This document shows, piece by piece, positions 1 through 12,600 of a stretch of 64,000 nucleotides of DNA. The translations under genes and the position numbers were made by a program. Source of the stretch: Phoronis australis (Eukaryota > Animalia > Phoronida); contig NMRA01000060.1 of the NCBI GenBank assembly GCA_002633005.1, positions 1,037,355-1,101,354 on the forward strand, written 5' to 3'. Under the pieces are notes generated by a model. The model did not search any database, was not told where the DNA came from, and saw only the letters and a list, made by a program, of their open reading frames with translations. The stretch's first letter is position 1, and each line of letters begins with the position of its first letter.

Positions 1-380
1 TGGCCTACAGGAAAGAAGGACTATCAGTTCTTTGCAATGTCCAGTGCCGTGCCGGTCATCTAATAAGGAACTTGATTATATATCCGTAAGGGGTTCAAAG
101 CAAAAAAATCCGATGAAAAGCAGGTTAATTGCAAGCTGTAGGCTGTCTATCTCCGGATTTAAGTGCTAGTGAACAAAAACCCTGTTTGTCACTTTAGAAT
201 GAAACTTATAGGTGCATGCCCATATGTGAAAAAACACTTGCAAAAACCTTTTTTGTGAATACTTCAGATGTTGGTTCATGGGCCTAAATACGTTCGTAAA
301 TGGTAGATATAAATATAAACGCAGACACACACAAGGAGTCGACACTTGTTTTCCTGCACAGATGCTTCTCTTTATTTTAG

Positions 381-2610
381 GCTTCAGTTCACGTGACCCT
401 CCCTTCCGGGTCTTCTGATAACAGTTGTTCCACAACAATAACGACTGCGTCCTGTGACAATACGGCAGTGACTCTTGCAGATGTCAAAACTGAGCTGGAA
501 CGCATGTCGGAGTTGTACAACCAGATGAATACTTTGTTGTCTGCGATGAACGCAAATCTGATGTCGCAGGCTAAAAGTAATGCTGCAAACACGAAGGCTT
601 TCAAACAGCAAATTGTCATGCCTTGCATCGAACGTGGCTGACATTAAAACTAAGGTTACCGAAATTGACAATCTAAATTCCCTCATTTCAAACAATGGAA
701 ATAAACTGGACCGGATTTTGAACACGAGTAGGCTTACACAAGATGAAGCCAAAAGACATCAAGCACAGGCTACAGCTGCTCATGAAAAACAACAGATGGC
801 GCTCGATTATCACACGTCAAAGCTAGATTCCTTGAGCCAATGTTTTTGCCGTAAGGGTAAGTGTTTTTAAAAGTTCTCAGAACGTCACGATTAATACTTT
901 AACTCTTCTAATCACCGGGAAAAATCTATTATGAACCGGCTAAGGTACCAACGTCGCTGTGTATTTTTGAGTCTGGAATGACACCAAGTTACTGGCGACG
1001 GGGTGGAATTTTGAAACTTGTGACAATTGGGGAACAAAACTTATTAACAACAGGTACACAAACAGTTGTGGTCCATGGCGTTTCACATCAAATTTTCATG
1101 TGCCTACTCAATAATTTTGCTTGCCTCCCGACCTGCAAAGGATTTTCGTTCAATGATATATATGAACCTACACCACGTCTTCCTGAAAATATTTTAGCAC
1201 TCCGGACCTGCGTTTTTACAGATAGGCCTACTAAACCCTTTGAAAATTTTGTAGTCACGCATTATTGTGCTGGATATTAAAAAATATATTCGAAGTTAGA
1301 CCCGATGTGGTAAATGAGAAATGGAGCTTACCGTCGGAGAAAATTTTTACTTGAAGTTCATTTAATACCTTAGTAAGTTCACAAAAGACCCTAACCAAAA
1401 ATTGGATTGTTTAGGTTTAGACTAGTATCCAGGAATACTGCGGCATATGCCTTCTTAGACAAAATTTAGATAAGAGATAACTGCCAATGGACGGTTCCAA
1501 CAAACCCGTCTAATCCACGCCTACCATAGTTACCGTGGTTGAAGTGAATGTGAATGAATGTCCTCTGTGTACTTTCTGTATTTATTTTAGTTTATCGTAG
1601 AAGTTGAAATGTTCTTTTATAATCCTAATTAACCCTTAAAATTTTGGAACAGAATTGGAAACTCCGATAAATGTTTTTTTTTTTTTGATTGTCAAAGGTG
1701 ACTAAGGCATTTGGCAAGCTAATTGACGGTCGTAGGGAAAGACTCTCAGTCATACGACAAATTTGTAACAAAACGATTAAATTTTCAGATGAATGATGAA
1801 TTTTCTCTCTCGGGAAGTACCAATGATAAAATAGCGGGTGCTGAATTACAAACCAAATTTCAATGTGAAATCGCCTCAGCAGGACTATCGTATCCCTTAC
1901 TGTATTACTCCGCAAATAACCGCATGCCACTCTATGCGGAACAATGAAGTTTTTCCGCAAGATTTTTCCATTCAGATGTACTGCATACAGGCGCGTGAGT
2001 TACGCAATTAGGGCCATACGGTGGTCCTATAATAGGCACGCTTTATTTTTTAAATACACCACCGAACCATTTTACTCCACACATTGTGTAGTGTCAGTGA
2101 CACCCTCAGCAAAAAAAAAGGTTAACAAATTGTTAAATACTAAAAATATACAGTTTTAAAACTCATAGCTTTATTTTTAACAAAGCTTGATCGTCGATAA
2201 AATAACACCGAGTTCCTTTGCCGTAGTTCCACTCAAATGTCCCGCAATTAAGCGTCGCTCCACAATATAGGCCTATGCGCTCAATTGCGGGGCTACGTGG
2301 TAAGGAAATACAAATGATTTATTATAGTTATTTGTTTTCAGTTAAAGTGTTTCACGTGGTGCATCCTGAAGGTGGCTATAAGTTCACTTTCGAGCAAGCT
2401 AAAGCCGCGTGCCAGGCGAAAGGGGCAGTGCTTGCCACACCGGTACAACTCGAGGTAGCCTGGAAGATGGGGTATGAGATGTGCGCTTGTGGCTGGCTCA
2501 GTGACCGAAGTGCGCGTTATCCGATGCATTTCGTACGCCGCGGATGTGGAGGAAGTAGACCGGGAATATCAACTTGTTCGAATCAACTGAACGATGCCTA
2601 CTGTATTTGA
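381..2610 (+). pseudogene. Copy A of coiled-coil + Link-domain gene: exon 2 (381-856) and exon 3 (2342-2610). Exon 1 lies upstream of the window. A +1 frameshift at about 603-606 gives a premature TGA at 639-641
   Basis: Acceptor tttattttag|GCT at 380/381, donor AAGG|gtaagt at 856/857 (phase 1), acceptor ttgttttcag|TTAAAGTG at 2341/2342. Exon 3 encodes a Link module (VFH..YKFTFEQAKAAC..GAVLAT..QLE.AW..GYEMCACGWL.D....YP......CG.....DAYC). TTC AAAC AGC here versus TTC ACT AGC in intact copy C splits exon 2 into ORFs 393-641 and 580-870. Confidence 0.85.
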
Positions 2611-3149
2611 TTTTCATCACCATACGGATATCCACTGGTCCTTTAATTTGATCAATAGTGAAACTTCTACAAGCAACTGAGTGGTAGACCATTGACTCGG
2701 AAATCGACCACGAGGTAGCAGCACTGTTGAGGAAACTGTTTAATTTCAATCAGACTGGTGCCATTCTCGCTTTTCTGGTATTCTATCGGGTCGCGTTTTC
2801 GCTACTTTGATATAAACTTGGGATACTTGTTAAAGATTAAATGTGTATAGAAATGGGGTGGGCGATTACTATTTTGCTTGGTATAAATATCGGTCTGATA
2901 GGCCTACCCTACACAGTTGATGCTGTCCGATGAGAGCGCTCTGATCGAGGAGCGACACTTACGAAATCGAATTAAAATTTGCAGCCAAGAGGTGAGGTAG
3001 ACTACGAAACCAAGTTAACCAACAACCACGACCTCGACGCCTGTTGCACAGGCGTCCTCAGCTTCTGATCGTATCCAATACACTGTATAAAATACTACAA
3101 GGTATGACATTCCGGACTAGAAATTCCACGGGTGCTTCACTTCAGCCGT

Positions 3150-3842
3150 TCATAGCAAACATAAAACTCAATAAATTTACATAAAACAGAGGTTCAACAA
3201 ACCGTGAGGAATTGTTTGTTCTCCCAATACCATTTACGGTCTCCTGCTCAACCGAGTTGGGGGAACTTTGAACCGGCACTATAGATGGCGCTGTAATTGT
3301 CTCCCTAACAGGAACTTCTTTCTCATCCGAATTGTGCTACTAACAGAGCCAGACATTTGCCTCACAGGCTGACTACCAGCAAACTCCACAGGTAGCGCTG
3401 ACTTGAACATCACAGGAACAGGTCTAGTAATTTGTGTAGAGGTTTTAGTCGTCGTCGAATGTCCACTGACATACTTTGTAGGCTGTTGACCTTGACCTTG
3501 CCGATAGGACGCGGGCAACGTGGATGATGGCCGGGGAAAAGCGGGTGAATCGTTGATGCCACCATCTTGGGCAAGATTTCTGGGCATTGTACCTCGATGC
3601 TCTGAACATGTGGGCCAGCGGAACCATCCGTGTACGAGAACTTCATCTGAGAAAACTGCACGCGGCTGTACAAGCCCTCTTCATCTCCTGTTGACAGACG
3701 TGGGGGGCGAGGTGGGACAGGGGGTGGTCCCTGATGCGGCTTATACAACCGCTTCAGTTCCTTAAACTGTTCGAAATGCACAGAGGACGTTGTCTAGTCT
3801 TTACTGGTTCGTGGTACTATCCGAAACTGTTACAATCATGCT
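3150..3842 (-). pseudogene. Degraded exon-like segment encoding a Pro-rich low-complexity sequence (PPPVPPRPP, EEGLYSRV), broken across frames
   Basis: Minus-strand acceptor ttcttgtctttattgtttcag ending at 3843. GC-richer than its flanks. Overlapping ORFs 3410-3781 and 3279-3587 are in different frames with stops. Parent gene not recognised. Confidence 0.4.
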
Positions 3843-5982
3843 CTGAAACAATAAAGACAAGAATTGTAAGAATTTGATATACATGTCGTCAAACTGATGG
3901 AACTTGAGGAGTCTGCACAGTAGGCTAAAAAGTTTTTAATTTGGCCATATTTCTATTTTTCAGAGACTTACCGGTAATAAACATAACACATACGGAAATG
4001 CTCATGTGAAATCAATGACCGTCAACATTTTTTGGCTGGGCTTGAAAAGAGTACATTTTGCACACTGATAAAATGCATATAACTAGGAACAGTACCCAAG
4101 TTCCCACGAGAATCTATCTATGTCATTAAAGTTAGCCACTTTAAGAATGAGATATCTTCAAGATCTAAACTAAGAAAAGCCAAAATTGACCCATCCAGAT
4201 GCAGGATCAATCAGTACAAGACACGATAATATTCATATAATGTATATCAAGACTGAATTGAATGAATCATCACTACATGCCAGAGGGCCAGTTGGAGGAT
4301 AGATTACTTGATGAAATCCATAGGTCAAATGTTGGTACTCTAGCTGCCACAGAGGGAGCAAATTTTCAGGACACTAATGAGGAAGACTACCGCGATCACG
4401 CGTGGTACTGATTGCTGTTGATAACAATTACTTTGTTTAAAAAATTGACTGAATATGATAAGAGCAAATGCCATACCAATCATCGTTTTAGCTAACAGAC
4501 GCTTAAACCGGGATTTCCGAAAGAGACCTACTGTGGAAACAAGACTTAAAAAAGCACCTCTCTTTCTGGATCATTTGGCATATATGACAAATGTGGAAAA
4601 TAAAGACAAGGTTTTCCGATATTTTTTTTCACTTTTTGATCTGAATGAGAATGCTGTAGACAGCAAAACAAGTTTCCCAAAGTGCCCCAACACTTTTTCA
4701 AAAGGACCCAGAGAGTCTCTGTTTGGACAAAGATACTTCGTTAAAACGACAATTTCCAAAAGAACACCCTGGAGTTTTTTCGGAAATCCCTGGTATGGCA
4801 GTTGAGCCAAGGGATGTAATGCGATGGTATTATAATTTCGTTAATTCTTTGTCTAAGTCTAGAATAATTCACGAATTACACATGGTCAGTTGGTAATGAA
4901 GTTTCAGAAGGAGCCTGTGCAGATACTCAAAGAAATAATTTGATTTCTAAAATACATGAATAGACACTGAGAACCACAGCTTGCTATGAGCTCCAACAGA
5001 ACAGAAAAATCACAGCCTAAATTGATCATTTCTCAAGGAGATTTAAAAATTGTAAATGTACACAGTGTATTAGAGGAGGTAGATGTTTTACAAAACGTCA
5101 GAAATAGCGAACACTATTTAGGGCTTCCTTAAACAAAACCAAGCTTCACTGCCCCTCATATTGTCCAATGCAGGTGACATTTCACTGTAAATTGAATCAT
5201 TATCACCACCCTTGCCATTCCTTCCAGACTACTGTTTAAAAACCAATCAAATATGTAATAACCATTCGAATCATGAAACAAAAACAGGAAAATCAAAATC
5301 CACAAAACAGAAATACTTTACAACTCGATTTTTTGTGGAGCATCGCGACACCAAATCAAAATATTCGATCTTGTTGCGTGAAATGAAAATTATCAAAGTA
5401 ACATCTATAAGGAAATTACATTTTCAACTGCAAAATGTTTCACAATTAATTTTCTGTGCAATCATCGACATCAAGATTTCTATAAACATTTAGACAACAA
5501 AGACCGTTTTTAATTATCAAGATATTTACCTCCAAATCCCAAAAACGATTGAAAACTGCCTACACACCACAAACTGAACTCTATATGAAATTCAAAATAA
5601 ATTCAAATAAACATAACCTGCAGAGCTCACATAATTATTATTCATTTTTAGGAAAACATCACCGGTACTTGGGATTAACATGCCAACAAAACCTGTAGTA
5701 CCGGTATAAAGATCAGTCGGCTGACTCTTAAAGACTGTTAAGTCACCACAGTAAGCCGTCAGCCTTGAATTTTTATGCACCTACGTAGTTGGTGCAGAGA
5801 GTGAATACTGCAGAAATTGAATATTACAATAAAAATATATAAAGTTAGAGGGATAGAATCTCACCAGATGAGAGCACAATATGGCAGTCAAGTGAATTTT
5901 GTTTTCACATTTTTCATAAAACCTACGTTACGCCAAGTCAATCCTTAATCACATTAAAATTCTGCATCATAGTTACCGTTAA

Positions 5983-6467
5983 GGCTCTTTCACACTAACG
6001 TCGACGCATAGATGTTTTGGGGGAGTTGCGGTCAGTATGAACGGTTAACTTGGTCCTGGATCAAAGTTAACAGTGCCAGTTAACTTTGCAGTAAACAGGT
6101 GGATTTAACAGTGGAGCGTCGACGCTGCACTGCGGTATGAATGGTCAACTTCGGTCCCATTGAAGTTATCGCCAGAGCCACTGTTCTCATCAACAACTAA
6201 AGAGCAGTGACATCACTAACAGCAGCTCATATTTTGCTCGAATAATCACCAATCTAAATAAGATTGATGCCAATTAGCACATGTAGATGTTCCCAAATTG
6301 TTTCATTAAAAAGTCTGAGCGTGCAGCGCTACCTTGTGATAACTTCAAAGACGACAGCATCACCTACAGTTTACTTCGATGTTTGTTTACTGCCGAAACC
6401 GGTATGAAAGGTTCAGTTAACTTCGCAGTTTACGTCGACGCTCCACTCAGACCGGAGTGAAAGGGCC
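5983..6467. mobile_element. Non-autonomous DNA transposon (MITE, probably PIF/Harbinger-like); second copy at 51906-52409
   Basis: Termini GGCTCTTTCAC...GTGAAAGGGCC flanked by TTAA on both sides. Internal repeated gtcgacg/gtatgaacggttaact motifs. Aligns end to end with 51906-52409. Confidence 0.75.
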
Positions 6468-7374
6468 TTAAGGCATTTTGTAAAACTGTGGGCACTCACA
6501 ACAATGTCATTAAAAGACCGCTAAAAATGAAAACAGGGCAATTTTTTTCTTTATAAAATTTGTGAGATTTCCCGGTGATAAGTATGTGTTTTCAACACAG
6601 AATCCTTGCAAAAGCAGATTTTCAAATTACAAGTTCCTCAAAACAAGACCAAAATAAAATGGCATTAGTAATAAATCACTTACAGCACAGACACTAAACA
6701 TCCAGTCCAGTTCTCTCTTCCATAACAAGTGGCGGAGACGATCAAAAATATCTGTAAATTATGTTGTCATCATAATAGCCACAGGATATCCTTGGTTCAT
6801 ATAGATTCATTCAAGTAAGTCAGGCAAACGCATTTTAATTAATAATCCACTGGTGCCACCTGCCGCCCCGAAGTGTTGTACCAGAGGGTCCCAGTTCAAT
6901 CCCGTCCTGCAGCCATTCTGTTATTGCTTATGAATTTCTGTAATTACATTACGTTTCGTCTCTTATAGTTGCTAAACGTATTTGAAACAGAACATTCTAG
7001 AAACCATGTGTAGTTTGTTGCAACAAGAGGAGGGTTACATATATCAAACCTGACCAATATCAGTGGCGTTGGCGCATTGGATTTTGGAATTAAATGCTGA
7101 ATGACGTCAATATGAACATGTGTCTTAACACGCTACGCAATATTGCCACAAGTTAAACTTTAATAATTCTGCTAAAACAAATGACTGCCTAAATGTATTC
7201 CGATAAACACAATATACATTCATTGACTGACCTTGGTGCATTACAAGCTTCAGAGTGTAAGACATATCAAATCCAAATAGAAAAAATATTTTACAAAGAG
7301 TTCGTCTAACCCACTTTTTAGACGAAGTACAGGCTCTATTTCCTATTTTTGGTTATACTAATTGTCGTATCTTG

Positions 7375-7577
7375 CTACATAAATATAGACAAGCTAAATC
7401 CGTGGCCATGACCATAATATAGAATAGTGCACTAAATATATAGACCCTCAAAATCCCAGAATAGCGGTATGTAGATAGACACTCTATATCCATGGTCATG
7501 ACCATAAAAATACAATAGCGTGCTACATATATAGACATTCTAAATCCATGGCCGTATCCATAATAGCGCACTAACAC
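7375..7577. repeat. Degenerate tandem repeat (unit about 50-60 bp; atatagac...aatccatggccatgaccata..aatagcg)
   Basis: 3-4 diverged copies of the same motif visible by eye. Confidence 0.55.
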
Positions 7578-9473
7578 TTGTACGTAAATCCGACACTGCC
7601 AAGTATTTACGAGGGAAGTTGTGATACCATATTCATCAAAAACACAAAAAATTCTTGCACAGCAAAGCCATTCGACCCAAACAACCAATAATTTGCCGCC
7701 ATCGAAAAAATGTAAGAAACTTATCGATTCGAAGCGCATGGGATAAATACAAAATGTACCTCGATTGGCGTACATGAAGTAATATCCACTCGACCTTATT
7801 CCGCTTATCGACCGAGACCGAATTTTTTCGGCAGATTTTTCAAATCCATCACCTAGACTGTTCACATGGCGGGTCACATCCTATATGTATGTACTTGCGC
7901 GTTGGGTTGCAAGTTTTCTCTTGTAAAAGAAACACTTTTAAAAGTAAGGAGTGATTTATTTCTTGAAAAGAGGTAGCCAAGATGAAAACAACAGCAACTG
8001 TGCAGTGATCTTGTAACATCTCCTGGAAATAGATAAGAACAACAATATTTGATATTTTAATTTCCTAGGAATCGGCGCCTGAGTTGCAGACGACTTAGTA
8101 GCCTATTCAGCAATTGAAAACTGAGACAAAAGTGTTTTATAATTAACAGTTTTGTTCCAGATTTTACGTTTAGGGCCTGGTTGCATGTCGAGTGTTAGTT
8201 ACACTGCTACAACTGTATTACTTTAAACTATATTCGGAAAGTTTGATGATCGAACCGGCTGAAGACGTCGAGTCGACATTGACCTACCTTTTGAACTTTT
8301 TATATCAGAGGTCGCTGTTGAAGTAGTGCGGGAGGTGAATACGAAAAACTTTATTGCATGGTCGTATTTCCTTCGACAGATTCAACGCGTATGGGATAAA
8401 TTGTATATTATATATGCTCTTACGTCACAAAGTAATGACTTAGATAATTTTCCACATTGTTGCGTGAAAACAAAGAAACAAGGAAAAACAAAACAAATTT
8501 TATGATAAAGCAACCAACTTGGAGAAATTACAATTATTAAAATGAATTTAAAGTGCTCTGATGAGCGACACTTGGCGAAGTGGAATGAATATTTTAAAGA
8601 TTAGGTCGACGACAAAACCAAGAACATCAACCACAACGACTCTGACGCCTCACCAACGTATTAGATAGTCCGTGAAGAGATCTTTTTACATACCAAATAT
8701 GAAATGGTTCAATCAAAGGATAACGGAGCTAGAGCTCCGCAAATATAATTTGAAAAATCTCCTTCACAGCGCCATCTTGTGTTCAACTACTCCCGAAAAC
8801 AAACGTCCTCTAAATAAACACATAAATTTTCCTCTTGATCAGACGAAAAATGCTATCTCCAGCACATGATAGGCTAACAGTGTAGCTATAAATAACTAAT
8901 CAATAGAACAGCCATCTAAGTAGTAAATATCGAACATCACCAGAACAATAACTAGCGAGAAACGGGTGTTACTCTACGTGAGAGCGCTTGAAAATATCTA
9001 TCCACATATTAAATTTCAGACAGATATGCCAAAGGATTCAATTAACTGGAAACAAGTCCTTGGAAAATCTCGAATTACTCGAGCACTTATTAAGACATAG
9101 AGAAAAAGAAATGGCAGTTTTCCTAAAGCCATAAGGTTGAAATGATCTATCCACACCAAAAATTCAGAAAATCCCTTCGGAAACAGTAAAGATATGGCTC
9201 TGCTAAACAAAAAAGTGAAAATGGCCACCACAGCGTCATTTTGCACTTGGTTTTAACCAAAAACAAAAGCCTTCGAGTCTTTCAAGAGACACATGTTGTG
9301 TGTAAATTTCAGGTTGATAAGTGAGTTGCCAACAAAGAAACAAACAAGCAAAAAACAAATTCTATGACAAAGCACATATTTGGATGATTTTCATTTTAAC
9401 AAGTAAAGACAAACAAATTTGATGACAAAAGAACAGACTTAGAGAAATTTCATTTCATCAAGTAACAGCACTA

Positions 9474-9555
9474 CACACGCACACACACTCGCACACACAC
9501 TCGCACACGCACATAAGCACGCATGCACGTACACGCGCGCGCACACACACACACA
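9474..9555. repeat. (CA/CG)n microsatellite just upstream of the copy B promoter (shorter, gap-interrupted equivalent at about 20600-20625)
   Basis: acacacgcacacacactcgcacacacac... Confidence 0.85.
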
Positions 9556-9615
9556 AGCGCGTTGTCTCGCATTAGTTACCACTGGTGGCCGTCGGTGGCG
9601 TGGCACTTCTCCAGT

Positions 9616-9621
9616 TATAAA
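9616..9621 (+). promoter_or_regulatory. TATA box of copy B
   Basis: TATAAA 70 bp upstream of ATG 9686, conserved at the same spacing in copy C (20646-20651). Confidence 0.65.
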
Positions 9622-9685
9622 GCACCTCGTTTACAAGGTCCTTCCCAAATCGACAACTGAGAAAGAACGTACAGGTTTTAGAAAG

Positions 9686-12600
9686 ATGGCGTCTCTTTGT
9701 TTGTCAGTTCTCGCATTATTGGTAAGTACTGAAAGAGAGTTTATGTTCACGTTTTATGTCGTTAGAATAAATTCACCAAGCTGACGTCTGCTGAATTCTA
9801 CGGGTGGTCGCCAGAGCACAGTCAACAGGGTGTGGAAGGACCTTTTCCTATATATAAATGAGCATAAATTCACATTTATATTATCTTGTCGCCTTAGTTC
9901 GAACTTTCACTTGTTGGGACTTCGAAACAGCGCTTAGTTATGTATAACTTTAAAAAGTGGCATCACCGGCGAGAAAAGCGATTTTCTAAAATTAAGCCCC
10001 AGCGCGGAAGCGATCCTGTAAACTTTGCGTTCATAGCAAAACGCTCTGCTGACGCGCTAAACCGTACCCAATAAAAAACAAATGAGTATTTTAAACGTAA
10101 TTAATTGGTAAAAGTGACCGGCCTCGAATTGGCGAAGGGCCGGTAGACGTTGACGAGAAAGAATGGGCGGTATGTTATGAAAGCACAAAAATAACGGGTT
10201 TTGTTGATTTTTAGCTCTGGTTGGTCAAACCTGCAGAAACCTCGTTACGTATGGCAGCACTTGAATAAGTATCCACAATGCATGAGCCAGCTGTAACTCA
10301 CTACTGTGGCCATTTTAGGTGGTAGCACACTTCCAAAAATAAAAGTTTAAAACCAAAAAAATCCTATTAAATTCAATTAAGTTTGAAAAAAGTGGAGTTG
10401 TGTTGAACGAGAATTATTTGTTTCGACTGAACTAACTAGCGTGAAAATTCGTTTTATGAGGTTTTTAACTAAAATTAATCGGAAATAGTATCTTTAGTAA
10501 CCTCCGAAGTGAGTCGGCCCTTAAAATATTTCCCGTTTCGTAATCGATACTGAATGACAGCACGTGAATGTTCCTTGCTGAATGTTCGTACCATGAACAT
10601 CCGCACTGCTAATAACCTGCAAACATGTATCTGGTCACGCAGCTTACTGTACAGTAGCTTGTGTAGTCGAGGAGATAAACATGTAAACGGAAGGTTCTGG
10701 AGTTTATCTGTGCATCAAATTCATCGAAACGGAAGAATGAGACAGACGCCTTCTAGTGATAGATTTCCTGCTACCCAAAAAACAAGGATACCACACTCAT
10801 GAACAAAGTTAATGAACACGGCTCACCGAACGCTATGATAATGAGTTTTGACCCTGCGATAAATGTTTTTCAACAGAGTGGATACTTAAGGATAATGCCA
10901 CCCAAAAAAAAACAACCTAGTTTGTATCAATTTAGATCGAGTAGTTCCACTCGATAACAGCAAGTACAGCTCTTTTACCTGACACCTGACGGCAGGTGGA
11001 GATGTTGAAATTAACCAATGACGTCAGAGGTTCGAACTCAGTCTGTTCAGCAGTTAACACTCTTACTGGTGTCAGCTTATCGCTTGAATTCACCGTTTTA
11101 CATCAATAAATCATCAAAATTCAATCAAAAACCTTTACAAATACACCGAGTTATTGAACAAACGTGTTATTTCATTTCGCTGTTGCGGATTTTTAGGTAT
11201 TTGAACGTACCGTAGCCTACAAAGTTCGGTAGGCCAATTTACCGTGACTAAGGTTGGTCAGGGGAGTTTGGGGTCTGTTCGGTGATAAATTCAAATTATT
11301 CGTCCGTGAAATACAGACAGGAGAAAATAGCTGTGTGTTGTAATTTTTGACGCGATTTTTCAGTTCTAAACACACAAAACGCTTGCTATCCCGGCCAGTT
11401 GCTCAAAACCCGATGAGGCCCACATCGCCGCGGCCGAACTGGAGACATCACGAGCATAAACCAGCCAAAGTTAAAAACTAAACTAGACTATACTAGTGAG
11501 CCACAGAAAAAAACTGCACGTGATTGTTTTGGTAAATTAGCCGCGAAACTGCAAATCTACTTACTATCTCGTCGGGGTTCGCGAAGTCAGTTTTCCCTTC
11601 CACAGAACCGTCAGAGCAAACGTTGTACAGTAACATGTGTATGAATAACTAAATAAATATTCCCCTAATATCTGACCATAGGATATCAAGTCGAATTGTT
11701 GCGTTTCACAAAAGCTTTATGTCAGGAAACACTGCATCAGAATGCGCTCGCACGGCCTCGGTGCCCGGTCATTTAGTTTAAAGCCGGTACTAAAACGCAG
11801 TGATTTATTCATTGCCGGCTTTTCAAAACATTTGCACTCACGAACACTCCAATGCATTACAAATTGTATCTAATGAGAAAGATTCCGTTTCAGTTTTATT
11901 TAAGCATTGGTTAGGGTGAGAATAATTCATTTTGAAACAGAACGTACAATAAGAAACGTGAACTCGCAATCCCGACTTAGACGAGTGCTCATCCGACGAA
12001 CTGACTTCACAAGTTAATCGTTAGGTTTCACAGGCTATCAGTTCGAACCGGAATACACTGACCAACAAATAATAGAGAGGATCTGCGAATCTACACAGAC
12101 AACGGAACATATGGATAGTTCCGAAAACCGTTTGAATGACTTGTCATGATGTCAGTGAGCTAACCATGCACGCACCAAGCCTAAAATATAGGGGGACTCG
12201 AATTTTTCGGTGTGCACACCTTTTACTGACAAAAAATCTACCAAAAAACTAGGTTCAGGCATGCGCGCAGAATTCATGTGGAGATTTTGTGAACTTTTGG
12301 ATGCATTGTGTTCACTCCTAAATTCAAATTCAACTTCGTCCCAACTCGCGGCGTATCAAACCAGTTAACGATGTAGCAGGAAAAGACCGCCCAAGGTGAC
12401 ACGCAACAAACCTAACTGAAATATGAAACTCAGCCTCCCATAGTCATCGTCAATTTTACACCACCAAAACACCCACTTGACACCAATTTTGTGCCCCCTC
12501 CATCGATTCTCAGGCATCTCCCAATCCAGTCGTTACCAGTTTCTCGCGGCCAGTCCCACACAGACTATTGCTGTTGATTACAACCTGAACAATGACGCCG

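Noticed and set aside
595-612. Programmed ribosomal frameshift at GCT TTC AAA C restoring full-length A/B protein
   Set aside because: Does not match the X XXY YYZ slippery pattern or a known +1 signal, and paralogue C is simply in frame. A mutation or artefact is the simpler explanation.
166-2274. ORFs repeated across copies (e.g. 978-1280/14976-15278, 1723-1947, and antisense ORFs over the exons)
   Set aside because: They recur only because the DNA is recently duplicated. The intronic ones are broken in copy C and the antisense ones are shadows of the real exons.
4060-5180. Coding-like stretch including ORF 4455-4805 and a Cys-rich patch (CKCTQCIRGGRC)
   Set aside because: Many stops, no splice structure, and no family I can recognise with confidence. 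Possibly a decayed transposon gene.
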